Positions 9,308 through 18,096 are shown, counted from the stretch's first letter. The stretch is DNA of 26,579 nt from Elusimicrobiota bacterium (GCA_031258375.1 JAIRMX010000079.1:1-26579); one strand, 5' to 3'. Notes: a model not told the origin generated them from the sequence alone. Translations and numbers: made by a program.

Positions 9308-9721
9308 TTAGTAAGGCCAGGCAATAATTTCAATATTTATATTTGCTTTTCTGGCCGCATGAAGTATTTTCTCCCGCGTTTTCTCATCCGGCAAAGAAAA
9401 ACCTTTTATGCGTTTCAAATTCCAATAAACTTTAGCTCCTCTTGGCAACCGTATAAGTTCTTCTATAAAAGCATCCGTTCCGTAACTGACAAGATTGTCT
9501 TTCATAATATATTCACGCGAAGAAATTTTTGTGGCTGATTCAAAAACAGCATATGCCCAAGTATCTTCGTGCGGCCATGAATAAAGTTCGTACGCCGCCG
9601 CCGCAGCAGGCGCGCTTATATCCGTGCTCGGATTAATACTGCTTATTTGAAATCCTGCGCCCGGGCCGCAGCCGGCCGCAAACGAAAAAGTAAGACATAT
9701 ATATAATAATTTAGCTTTCAT
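9308..9721 (-). CDS. Hypothetical lipoprotein
   Basis: Lipobox-like FAAG|C after a hydrophobic stretch; GGAG RBS upstream; no recognisable family. Confidence 0.65.
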   Translation of the reverse strand: MKAKLLYICLTFSFAAGCGPGAGFQISSINPSTDISAPAAAAAYELYSWPHEDTWAYAVFESATKISSREYIMKDNLVSYGTDAFIEELIRLPRGAKVYWNLKRIKGFSLPDEKTREKILHAARKANINIEIIAWPY

Positions 9722-9780
9722 TTCTCCTCCAATTTATAAAAGTCTTAGATAATAATATCATTTTATGTTAAAATTATGTT

Positions 9781-10560
9781 ATGGATAATAAAAAAGATTT
9801 TTCAAATGATATGTTATATTCTCTACAAATAGGGGGTATTGTAGCCGTTGCTCTGTTGCTAATATTTCCCGTTTATTTATATATGCGAAAAGCGACGCGC
9901 ATAGAAAACTCCTTAAGTCCGAAAAAATTGGATTCCTTTAAATCAGACACTGCGCAAATAATAAATCCCAGCCGTCAATTCCTGCCTTCCGCAAACGCCG
10001 GATATGCCGGTATTGACGTAGGCCAGCGCAGTGTAAAATATGCGAACACCGGCTCGGCAATCTTAGGCGTTACCGCACAAACAATCACGCAATTTACACC
10101 TGAGGATTTCAGAAAAATAGGGGAAACGCCGTGGAGCCTTACCAATACCGTCGCCGCCAATCGTAATTTCCCAAGCTTGGTCGAGGTAGTATTTAATAAT
10201 CCCAATGTGGTGGCCGGTTTTTTAGGGAGAACAACAACTCAAGAACTACTTAATTCTCCCGATAAAATCACCTCGATTATTCAAAATAATGATTCAATAA
10301 TAGAACAGTTTTTCTCAAGTCCCGCGGCTGTCGGGACTCTAGGAAATGAAAATATGATGCTTGCAATAGCCAAAAGCACGTTGCTTTCGCAGATATTTAG
10401 CTCAAAAACAGGCCAGTATTTTATTAAAAATCCCCGTCGCGCGCGCGCGCTTGCAGCCGGCAATAAAACGCTTGCGCCCTTGCTTAGCAACGAGAGCGTA
10501 AAGAAATTTTTATTTGCTCATCCGCAGACAAAAGCCGCGGCTGCGGAATTTTATAAATAG
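9781..10560 (+). CDS. Hypothetical single-pass membrane protein
   Basis: 259-aa ORF with one N-terminal hydrophobic helix (IGGIVAVALLLIFPVYLY); fills the space between neighbours; no family recognised. Confidence 0.7.
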   Translation: MDNKKDFSNDMLYSLQIGGIVAVALLLIFPVYLYMRKATRIENSLSPKKLDSFKSDTAQIINPSRQFLPSANAGYAGIDVGQRSVKYANTGSAILGVTAQTITQFTPEDFRKIGETPWSLTNTVAANRNFPSLVEVVFNNPNVVAGFLGRTTTQELLNSPDKITSIIQNNDSIIEQFFSSPAAVGTLGNENMMLAIAKSTLLSQIFSSKTGQYFIKNPRRARALAAGNKTLAPLLSNESVKKFLFAHPQTKAAAAEFYK

Positions 10561-10645
10561 GGATATTTCTCGTAGAATTAGATAAAAACTAAAAACAGCG
10601 TATAAATTTTGTAAACCATAAAATAAACTCAAAAAGGCGGTATTT

Positions 10646-11308
10646 ATGAAAATTGCAAAATATATAGACCATACTCTCTTAAAAGCTTATGCTTCCGATA
10701 AAGAAATAGAAATTCTTTGTAGGGAAGCAATGCAATACGGTTTTGCCTCCGTATGCGTTAATCCGTTTTGGGTGTCTTCTGCGGCTAAAATTTTGAGAGG
10801 CAGCAATGTTAAAGTTTGCACCGTAATCGGTTTTCCGCTTGGCTATAATAAGCGTCATGTAAAAGCTTATGAAACCGCAGTCGCCCTTCAAGACGGAGCT
10901 AGGGAATTTGATATGGTTATGAATATAGGAGCGCTTAAAAGCAGGTTGTTTGACGAGGTGCAAATCGATATCGAAACCGTGCGGCGCGCCGCAAGAGAAA
11001 ATATTTTGAAAGTTATTATAGAAACATTTTACCTGACAGAAGAAGAAAAAGTTAAAGCATGTCAAATCGCCGCAGCCGCAGGTGCGGATTTTGTAAAGAC
11101 ATCGACCGGATTTTCGGGTAAAGGCGCGACGGAAGAGGATGTGAGACTTATGAAACAGGCTTCCGGCGTCAAAGTCAAAGCTGCCGGAGGAATTCAAACT
11201 AAGGAAGATATGTTTAAAATGATAGACGCCGGCGCGGACAGAATAGGCACCAGCTGCGGCGCGCAAATTATTTCTTCTTTAGAAACGCATATCGGCGCTG
11301 GAGTGTAA
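10646..11308 (+). CDS. deoC: Deoxyribose-phosphate aldolase
   Basis: IDHTLLK, VIGFPLG, DMVMN, LKVIIET, FVKTSTGF (Schiff-base Lys), VKAAGGI, RIGTS. Confidence 0.96.
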   Translation: MKIAKYIDHTLLKAYASDKEIEILCREAMQYGFASVCVNPFWVSSAAKILRGSNVKVCTVIGFPLGYNKRHVKAYETAVALQDGAREFDMVMNIGALKSRLFDEVQIDIETVRRAARENILKVIIETFYLTEEEKVKACQIAAAAGADFVKTSTGFSGKGATEEDVRLMKQASGVKVKAAGGIQTKEDMFKMIDAGADRIGTSCGAQIISSLETHIGAGV

Positions 11309-11327
11309 TTTTTATGTTCGCCAAATG

Positions 11328-11360
11328 AAAACGCCGCGAGAATGTTTCTCGCGGCGTTTT
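11328..11360. terminator. Bidirectional intrinsic terminator
   Basis: AAAACGCCGCGAGAA-TGT-TTCTCGCGGCGTTTT perfect stem between convergent deoC and the aminotransferase. Confidence 0.85.
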
Positions 11361-11371
11361 GAACTTAATTG

Positions 11372-12502
11372 TCATCTCTTATTTTTATAGAACTCTTTTA
11401 TCTCGTCTGAAATTATTTTTACGTCTTCTTCCGTAAGCTCCGGAAATATAGGCACGGAAATTACTTCTTTTGCGGCAATTTCCGTATGCGGGAAATCCCC
11501 AGGATTAATATTTAGATGCGAATAACACGGCTGCTTATAAAGCGGCACGGGATAATAAATCGCATTGCCGATATTATTAGCTTTTAAATGCTCGCTCAGA
11601 CCGTCTCTGTCCTTAACGCGGAGCGTAAACACGTAATAACTTTGCGTTGTGCCGTTTTGCTCGCAAGGAGGCAGAATTACTTGCGGAACTTCCGCCAAAT
11701 ATTTACGATACATTTGCGCGACTTGAACTCGGCCTTCCGTCCATTTTTTAAGATGATTAAGTTTAACGTCAAGTATGGCGGCCTGTATTTCGTCCATACG
11801 CAGCGTTGAGCCTTCTCTATCGTATTCGTAAGCTTTGCCCGCGCTGCGTCCGCTGTGACGTATGCTTTGGCAAAGGTCGGCTATATCTTTATTATTAGTT
11901 ATAACCGCGCCGGCATCTCCGCAAGCTCCCAGATTTTTGCTCGGATAAAAGCTAAAAGCCGCCGCCTCGCCGAAATTGCCCGTATAAATGTTTTTGTACA
12001 TAGCCAAATGGCTTTGCGCGCAGTCTTCAATAACTTTCAGATTATACTTTTTTGCGATTCTTAAAATTTCATCCATATCGGCGGGAAAACCGTATAAATG
12101 AACGGGTAAAATCGCTTTGGTTTTTTTGGTTATTTTGCGTTCTATATCTTTTGGGTCTATATTGAACGTAAGCGGATCTATATCGGCAAAAACAAAATCG
12201 GCTCCGCTAAGAGTGACCGACGTCGTCGTGGCTACAAAAGTAAACGGCGTGGTGATTACCTCGTCGCCTCTGCCTACGCCGGCGGCCATTAAAGCGATTT
12301 GTATCGCGCTTGCGCCTGAGGAGCAGGCAACGCAGTATTTTGCTCCGAGCGTTTTGGCAAAATTTTCTTCAAACGCTTTTGTTCTCGGGCCGAGCAGCCA
12401 TTGCATTGAGTTTAAAGCGTCCAGCGCGGCTTTGTTTAAATCTTCTTTAATGCTTTCGTGCTGTTGTTTCAGATTAAACAACGGTATGTTTTTTGTGTTC
12501 AT
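11372..12502 (-). CDS. DegT/DnrJ/EryC1/StrS family PLP-dependent sugar aminotransferase
   Basis: GDEVITTPFTF, PVHLYG, IEDCAQSH, FSFYPSKNLGACGDAG (PLP Lys), RMDEIQAA, SVPIFPEL. Confidence 0.93.
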   Translation of the reverse strand: MNTKNIPLFNLKQQHESIKEDLNKAALDALNSMQWLLGPRTKAFEENFAKTLGAKYCVACSSGASAIQIALMAAGVGRGDEVITTPFTFVATTTSVTLSGADFVFADIDPLTFNIDPKDIERKITKKTKAILPVHLYGFPADMDEILRIAKKYNLKVIEDCAQSHLAMYKNIYTGNFGEAAAFSFYPSKNLGACGDAGAVITNNKDIADLCQSIRHSGRSAGKAYEYDREGSTLRMDEIQAAILDVKLNHLKKWTEGRVQVAQMYRKYLAEVPQVILPPCEQNGTTQSYYVFTLRVKDRDGLSEHLKANNIGNAIYYPVPLYKQPCYSHLNINPGDFPHTEIAAKEVISVPIFPELTEEDVKIISDEIKEFYKNKR

Positions 12503-12503
12503 A

Positions 12504-13145
12504 TTATTTGTCCAAGAGTTTAATTTCTTTCATGGCAAGCAGCGCCCTGAAAGTTGATTTACATATCGTTTCCGACATATTTACCACCATTTTTATTACG
12601 AACAATCCCTCGTCTTTTGAAATTTCTTCTTTAAGTATTTCAGCTTTGTTCTGCGATATTATTTGATGTATTTTATCCACGACCTCCCAATTGGCCTCGC
12701 ATTTGATTACGACGGTTTCGTAAAGGCGGATATAATCAAATTTATTCATAACTTTTCGGAGGATAAACTGCAGTATCAAAACCGATGCCGTCGCCGCCGC
12801 GGCCAGCGTAAAATTGCCAAATCCCGCCGCCATGCCGACAGCCGCAACAACCCAAATGCTCGCGGCGGTTGTCAAGCCGGATATTTTATTGCCGTCCCGC
12901 AATATTGATCCGGCTCCCAAAAAGCCGACGCCGGCTACAACCTGCGCCGCGATACGCGACGGGTCTGCGCCAAACAAAAAAGCCGAATGTAGCGACATTA
13001 TCGTGAAAACCGCAGAGCCTATGCAAATTAAAGTGTTTGTCATAAATCCCGCTGGTTTATCGTGATAGCGGCGCTCAAGGCCTATCATTCCGCCGAGAAC
13101 GACCGAAAGTAAAAGCCTTATCAAAACTTCATCAATAGTTATCAT
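12504..13145 (-). CDS. MgtC/SapB family membrane protein
   Basis: RLLLSVVLGGMIGLER...KPAG, DPSRIAAQVVAGVGFLGAG, GLTTAASIW; soluble C-terminal domain. Confidence 0.92.
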   Translation of the reverse strand: MITIDEVLIRLLLSVVLGGMIGLERRYHDKPAGFMTNTLICIGSAVFTIMSLHSAFLFGADPSRIAAQVVAGVGFLGAGSILRDGNKISGLTTAASIWVVAAVGMAAGFGNFTLAAAATASVLILQFILRKVMNKFDYIRLYETVVIKCEANWEVVDKIHQIISQNKAEILKEEISKDEGLFVIKMVVNMSETICKSTFRALLAMKEIKLLDK

Positions 13146-14182
13146 ATATTTGGCATTGCGCTTAAAATAATAAAATAAATAAACATAACCGCAATTCCCA
13201 CCGGTAAAGCTGCTTTAGCCCATTCTTTGCTTTTAATTTTAAATTTGGACGCACAGATAATGTTCGGTATATTGCCGGGTATTAAAAAACCGCCGGACAC
13301 TACCAACGCTATCAACAAGAACTCAATTTGTTTATTTGTCATACTGGGCAGTATTTCAATGGCGGCAAGCGTCGCATTATCCAAAATAGCCGATATTATA
13401 TTAGCCCAGTATAAAGCCCAGGCGCTCAGTTTCATTATCGAAATTTCTGCAAGCGGCATAAGTCCCCGCCCGAACAATACTAAAGCCGTTACAAATAAAA
13501 AGACTTTTGCCGCGCGCGTTAAAATATCTTTCACATCTTCATGTTCAAGCTGCGCCGCCGTTTTATTTTGACCGTCTTTAACGCGTGCGGCAAAAAAGGA
13601 AAACAATATAACGCCCGGTAATATAAATTTCCACAGCAGCATAAAAAGATATCCAAAATGCGCGTTATGCGGCGGGCCGGAAAGCTTGCTGGTGACTATC
13701 GTGGAAAGCGGTTCGCCAAGAGGCGTAAGAACTGCTCCCAGACCAATGGCAAAACAACCCATTACTATAACATGCACGGTATCGCGGCGGGAAAGTTTTA
13801 AAGTGGTTGTAATTTCGCACAAAACCAGCGCGGCCACAATTGCGGTGATAACGCTTGAAAGCAATGATAAAATAAATACGATGCAGAAAATCGACGGTTT
13901 GAGGCCGGTTTTAATTTCAATAAGTTCAATGACTTTATTTATCTGCATACGGAATTTTCTAAACAATAATCCTGTTATTAGAACGGCAAGAGAAATGGCC
14001 ACCGGCTCGCGCAATGCTTCAATTATTAAATGTCCGCTCCATGCTCGGCTTATGCTTACCGCCAAAATACCCAAAACAAAAAGGAAAATTTCCAATTCTT
14101 TTTCCACAACATGCATAGTAAAAGGCAAGAAAAGCGCAAGCAAAACGACAATTGTTAGTAAAACGATTACGGTAAAAGACAT
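13142..14182 (-). CDS. DUF1646-family multi-pass membrane protein (putative cation transporter)
   Basis: VEKELEIFLF, GLGAVLTPLGEPLSTI, SAILDNATLAAIEI, SGGFLIPGNIPNII..S.FKIKSKEWA; ATGA overlap with the mgtC-like gene. Confidence 0.8.
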   Translation of the reverse strand: MSFTVIVLLTIVVLLALFLPFTMHVVEKELEIFLFVLGILAVSISRAWSGHLIIEALREPVAISLAVLITGLLFRKFRMQINKVIELIEIKTGLKPSIFCIVFILSLLSSVITAIVAALVLCEITTTLKLSRRDTVHVIVMGCFAIGLGAVLTPLGEPLSTIVTSKLSGPPHNAHFGYLFMLLWKFILPGVILFSFFAARVKDGQNKTAAQLEHEDVKDILTRAAKVFLFVTALVLFGRGLMPLAEISIMKLSAWALYWANIISAILDNATLAAIEILPSMTNKQIEFLLIALVVSGGFLIPGNIPNIICASKFKIKSKEWAKAALPVGIAVMFIYFIILSAMPNI

Positions 14183-14407
14183 TAATAATCCTCCGCAAAA
14201 TTTTCACATAAAGCAAATATCCGCAGATATATTAATTATATCATTACAATAAAAGTTATTCAGCATTTTTCCGATATCTTATCGAGAAATATCGTTATTA
14301 TTGCTATTTTTATCGCTTTAGAAACACATTGAAGTTTTACTTGTATTGCTATTCTAAAAAATATCTAGTAAAAAAAGAAGTAAGCGGCTGTTAATTTAAA
14401 GAGAGAA

Positions 14408-14474
14408 TGCTTGAATCGGCAATCTATGTTAAAGTCATAGAAATGGATGCCTGATTACAAATTTCAAGTATGAC
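14408..14474. repeat. Degenerate REP/RPE-like palindrome remnant
   Basis: GCTTGAATCGGCAATCT...GATGCCTGATTACAAATTTCAAGTATGAC resembles the 4522-4583 unit; ends in TGACAAAAGA, as does the unit upstream of leader copy 1. Confidence 0.35.
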
Positions 14475-14488
14475 AAAAGAGCAAAAAA

Positions 14489-14581
14489 TAATCGGTTTAT
14501 AAAAATTTGATACTGTTTTTGGTAGTTTCCGCAAGGGAACAAGCTTTTAAGATATCAAAGGCATTCACAATGTTCAAACAG
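14489..14581 (+). ncRNA. Truncated leader, copy 2 (promoter-like motif plus 5' domain only)
   Basis: TAATCGGTTTATAAAAATT, then CTGTTTTTGGTA, GTTTCC-GCAA-GGGAAC, AAGCTTTTAA-GATA-TCAAAGGCA...AAACAG; similarity ends there and no terminator module follows. Confidence 0.7.
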
Positions 14582-14588
14582 CGATAAC

Positions 14589-14807
14589 AATGCACATCAA
14601 ACGACTGGCGACCAGCAGCTGGCAGCCGCTGAGGAACTGATGATACTCACCCGTATGGATACTTTATTTGATAAAACTGCTGAGATGATGATTAACATGC
14701 AATTCCAGCAAAATCCCGGCCTTGCCCCATCTTTTACCGAAAATATATGCGCTATGAAAGACGGTGCACAAGCTACGCTACCACATTGTATGGATACCGA
14801 AGTATAG
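14589..14807 (+). pseudogene. Gene fragment, possibly DUF2059-like
   Basis: Open frame NAHQTTGDQQLAAAEELMILTRMDTLFDKTAEMMINMQFQQNPGLAP... with no RBS or plausible start; its 3' end runs into the IS remnant. Family call is from memory of AAEEL...QQNP-type helices and is weak. Confidence 0.35.
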
Positions 14808-15005
14808 GAAGATAGGGGAGGAGTTTTTGGAACTTGAAGAGTTTTTGTGGGGAGATAGTTTTTGGGCAGAGGGGTATTTTGCGGAGAGCGTAGGCGTAGC
14901 GGAAGAAGAGATGATAAGGCGGTATATCAGGGACAATGAATGTATGAATTATGCCGAGCAGTTGACCTTCTTAGAAACCACACCCTTTAGGGCGTGTGTT
15001 GCTCA
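14758..15005 (+). mobile_element. tnpA: IS200/IS605-family tnpA remnant with internal deletion and right-end hairpin
   Basis: VHKLRYHIVWIPKYRK joined directly to EFLELEEFLWGDSFWAEGYFAESVG...IRRYI; the HUH (HxH) segment is missing. Subterminal hairpin CACACCC-TTTA-GGGCGTG at 14979-14996. Confidence 0.8.
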
Positions 15006-15068
15006 TTGCTAAATGCTTTTAAATACTTATATTTGACTGTAAATTCCCCCGCCCCTTTGACCAATTTA

Positions 15069-15653
15069 TTAATTAAACATAAACCTTAACCCAGAGCTTG
15101 GACTTATTGAATATAAATCATAATCAACGCCACTCATATTAACATAATGAATTCCCAAATCAAGTTTTATATCCTCTGATAATGCTGGGGCTATGCCTGC
15201 ATAAAAAGAATATGTAAAATTATTTTCGCTATCCGAATATCCCAAAAAAGAAGCTTTAACTTTAGTTCTCCCTATGCCTGCTCCAAGAACAAATTCTGTA
15301 TCTGAATTTGAGAATTTTTTATTAAATAGGATAGTAAAAATAAAAGAATCTCCTGTCGCTGTTATCCCTTCAGACACTGGCAGTCCTAATTCGTTTCTAA
15401 TAAAACTTGCATCAACTATTGTAACTTGCGTGTGTCTTAAATATTCTCCCTCTATTCTCAAATTTTCAGCCAAAGATATCCCAAGTGATGTTCCTAAAAT
15501 AGGGGCTATATCATCATTCTTATAGCCTGATTCTTTATAATTTATAAAGCCTAATCCAGCTTTAAACGATATATAGGGTTTTACTGATGCTTCTTGAGCA
15601 AACAGTGGAATTACCAAAACCACAGCAACAAACATTATTATCATTTTCTTCAT
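15069..15653 (-). CDS. Outer-membrane beta-barrel protein (OmpA/opacity-like 8-strand type)
   Basis: Signal peptide MKKMIIMFVAVVLVIPLFA; alternating beta strands (YISFKAGLG, LRIEGEY, FVLGAGIG, FYAGI, LDLGIHY); C-terminal GLRFMF. The ORF-track start at 15788 lies inside the leader RNA and is rejected. Confidence 0.8.
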   Translation of the reverse strand: MKKMIIMFVAVVLVIPLFAQEASVKPYISFKAGLGFINYKESGYKNDDIAPILGTSLGISLAENLRIEGEYLRHTQVTIVDASFIRNELGLPVSEGITATGDSFIFTILFNKKFSNSDTEFVLGAGIGRTKVKASFLGYSDSENNFTYSFYAGIAPALSEDIKLDLGIHYVNMSGVDYDLYSISPSSGLRFMFN

Positions 15654-15696
15654 TTTTATGCCCTCTCTGTTATTAATATTTCTTTTGTTGTATACC

Positions 15697-15903
15697 AAAC
15701 AAAAACGGCTGTCATATTTGAGCCATAGGAAATAACCCAAGATATAACAGCCGTAGTTTCCCGCCCGAAGGCGGGAAACATTCAACACAAAGCAAAAGGC
15801 TCATGACTTCCTCTCGCTTTGTGTTTGATAACGGTCTGTTTCTGGATTTCCTATGTGCTTTTGATTTCTCAAAAGCTCATCCCTTTCGGGATTCCAAAAA
15901 CGT
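15697..15903 (-). ncRNA. Structured cis-regulatory leader, copy 3 (upstream of the beta-barrel gene)
   Basis: GTTTTTGGA/TCCAGAAAC, ATCCC-GAAA-GGGAT, GCTTTTGA-GAAA-TCAAAAGC, CAGACCGTTATCA, variable hairpin AACACAAAGC/GCTTTGTGTT, GTTTCCCGCC-TTCG-GGCGGGAAAC, terminator ACGGCTGTTATAT/ATATGACAGCCGT plus TTTT. Extended -10 TGCTATAAT at 15946-15954. Confidence 0.8.
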
Positions 15904-16185
15904 CTTTTAAAACTATTTTTAACAGTTACTTTTTAGTACAAATTTATTATAGCATATTTAGACACTTTACTAACATGAACACAATGAGCAAAATAAAATA
16001 CCTATATATACAATGCCAAATACCCAAGGTATGATCATTTCAATATGAGAAAATGGATAATAGATATCTCTATTTTCTCCTTTACCCAAAATGTTCCATT
16101 CATAATCATAAACAGAAATAGGCCATCTTTATTCTATATAGTGTATAACTTAAATTTTCCAGTATTTAATTGTTTATAAGATCGC

Positions 16186-16225
16186 AATAAACAAGGACGA
16201 GTTTTAACTCGTCCTTGTTATTTTT
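16186..16225. terminator. Intrinsic terminator following the displaced dnaK 3' copy
   Basis: AACAAGGACGAG-TTTTAA-CTCGTCCTTGTT 12-bp stem flanked by A/T runs. Confidence 0.75.
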
Positions 16226-16300
16226 AATTCTTATTTCCCGTCGACAACTTCGGCTTCCACAACGTCGTCTTTTTTAAGCTCTTCGGCCTGCCGGCCGTCT
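16222..16300 (-). pseudogene. Duplicated, diverged 3' end of dnaK (att-like direct repeat)
   Basis: 16222-16275 matches 19013-19066 at 53/54 nt; the next 25 nt match at 16/25. Encodes ...[17 protein letters not shown] versus DnaK ...[17 protein letters not shown]. Confidence 0.9.
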
Positions 16301-16779
16301 GCATCAGTCGCGCCGGCATTTGTTCCTGCTCCGCCGTACCCAGAGTCTGCGGCTGGGAAATTCCGGCGGACGAACCATAAATATTGTTGCCCGTCTAAAA
16401 TAGTCATGTGATGCATTCATAACAATTGTATATGGGAAGATTGAATAAAGGCCGGCAAGCAGCGGACAAAAAAAGTTCTGCTTCTTTTCATCAAATTTTA
16501 TTTATATTAGAAATACATTAATAAAAAATCTTAAAATTTGCAATGACATTGCATATTTTAAGATTTAAACCTGTTTAAAATTCTTCTTTTTATTTTTTAC
16601 CTATGAATTTGTTTAGCAATTTTTATTGAATATTTCTTTGAATACCCGCAGCTTTTTGCGCAGGTCAACCGGAGCGGGGTTTAGACCGTATATTGAATAA
16701 AAAAATATAAACGAAAACTAGAGTGGAAAATAGTATTTTTTCGGCATTGCCAAGAAAAATTCCAAATCCTGAACGGATT

Positions 16780-17757
16780 TTAAAAATTTTGTTTTGAAAG
16801 AACCGTGCTTTCGCAAGCCAGTTTAAATTCTTCTATATTAAATATATTTACGCTGTCAGGTTCTGGCCCCGCTTTGACAACTATTGCGTTTGGATTGTTC
16901 GGAGACCAAAATGTATCCCAAGGTTTATTATAAAAAGCAATTGTCGGCTTTTTAAAGGCCGACGCTATATGCACGGCTGAAGTATCGGGACTAATCAGTA
17001 GTTTGGCACTATAGATTAAGGAAATTAAATCAAACGGATTTTCAGTTTTGAAGAAATAAACGTTTGCAAAATTGTCGTGTAAATTCTTGATTTTGCCCAT
17101 TTGTTTCCTGCTCATATACGGAATAACAATTTGCGGCTTGTCAAATAACTGATTTAGCGTGCTGGCGATTAATTGTAATGTCTCTGCGTTAAAAGTTCTT
17201 CCTTGCGCGTGCGCGAACGGGTTTAACGCGATATATTCCTTTATTCCGTTGGCCGTTAAAAATTCTCGGTTTTTATCTTGGGATTTTTCCGTTAAATGAA
17301 CGTCATAATTATTATCAAAATCTTTTACTCCTAAAGTTTCTAATATTCCTATAACGCTATCTTTTGCATGATTGCCGGAAGAAATCCATTTAATCTCTCT
17401 AACTTTGTCTCGCGAAGCTATTTTTGAAAATAATTTCCAGTTTGGATAATTCTTCTTATACGATGTATCTATAGCCAAATCAAATTTATCTTTTCTAATT
17501 TTCAGTCCGTAATAAATTAGCGTTGGCCAACGGCTGTGCTTATGCAGTCTTCTCATCGGCATAACGTATAATCGGTTTATATATTTATTTTCTTTAAGAA
17601 ATGCTCCTGACGCGCCAAATGTCGCTACGCTTATATTTATCGCGGGATTTGCTTTCTTTAGTTCTCTATATAAAATTGAGTAAATTATTTCGTCACCAAG
17701 GCCTCCATCCGACCTAAAAATTAAAATACTGTTGATATTCTTAATGTTTATAGCCAT
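16780..17757 (-). CDS. Glycosyltransferase family 9 (heptosyltransferase-like, LPS core)
   Basis: ILIFRSDGGLGDEI, KFDLAID, YIALNPFA, LISLIYSAKLLISPDTSAVHIASAFKKPTIAFY. Confidence 0.88.
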   Translation of the reverse strand: MAINIKNINSILIFRSDGGLGDEIIYSILYRELKKANPAINISVATFGASGAFLKENKYINRLYVMPMRRLHKHSRWPTLIYYGLKIRKDKFDLAIDTSYKKNYPNWKLFSKIASRDKVREIKWISSGNHAKDSVIGILETLGVKDFDNNYDVHLTEKSQDKNREFLTANGIKEYIALNPFAHAQGRTFNAETLQLIASTLNQLFDKPQIVIPYMSRKQMGKIKNLHDNFANVYFFKTENPFDLISLIYSAKLLISPDTSAVHIASAFKKPTIAFYNKPWDTFWSPNNPNAIVVKAGPEPDSVNIFNIEEFKLACESTVLSKQNF

Positions 17758-17798
17758 ATTTTTCTCTTTTAGTCCCTTTAAATTGCAATTTATATGGC

Positions 17799-17970
17799 AA
17801 TAAAAAGGCGATAATCACTTCTTGAGGGTTCCTAAACGCCCAAAAAAATGAAAATCGCCAACCAGAACCCCTGCGGGTTCTGGTAATATGGCGACTTCAT
17901 CTTTGGCTTAGGAACCAATTTGCTTGTTAAGCAAATTCGTGCTGTTTCTATAAAACAGCTTCCAAAAACA
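17799..17970 (-). ncRNA. Variant structured leader, copy 4 (upstream of GT9)
   Basis: GTTTTTGG/CCAAAGAT encloses GCTGTTTT-ATAG-AAACAGC-AC and AATTTGCTT-AAC-AAGCAAATT. Then ACCAGAACCC-GCAG-GGGTTCTGGT and GGCGATTTTCAT/GTGATTATCGCC plus TTTTT, with a large loop containing TTTGGG. Preceded by the same 19-nt motif as copy 1. Confidence 0.6.
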
Positions 17971-17983
17971 AAGCCTTTCAAAC

Positions 17984-18002
17984 AATTTTTATAAGCCGAT
18001 TA
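17984..18002 (-). promoter_or_regulatory. Conserved promoter-like motif TAATCGGCTTATAAAAATT
   Basis: Identical to 4431-4449. Confidence 0.55.
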
Positions 18003-18096
18003 ACAGCTTATTTGCGACAATTTTTCTCCCGTATTTACTGACAATTTATTTTAGCAAAATTATTGATATTTTGCTTTGCTTCGTTTCAAATCGGTA

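Noticed and set aside
14183-14340. DUF1646 (Na+) riboswitch upstream of the DUF1646-like gene
   Set aside because: The region is AT-rich with a TATAAT about 50 nt before the start, and I saw no convincing G-rich stem or terminator.
15654-15788. N-terminal extension of the beta-barrel ORF to TTG 15788
   Set aside because: Lies inside the structured leader; the signal peptide begins at ATG 15653 behind a GAGGG RBS.
16231-16416. 61-aa ORF ending in the DnaK tail as a real small protein
   Set aside because: No Shine-Dalgarno; the N-terminal half looks like a chance fusion of decayed sequence to the displaced dnaK fragment.
16600-16780. Possible decayed gene on the + strand (ICLAIFIEYFFEYPQLFAQV...)
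   Set aside because: Multiple stops, no start and no recognisable family.
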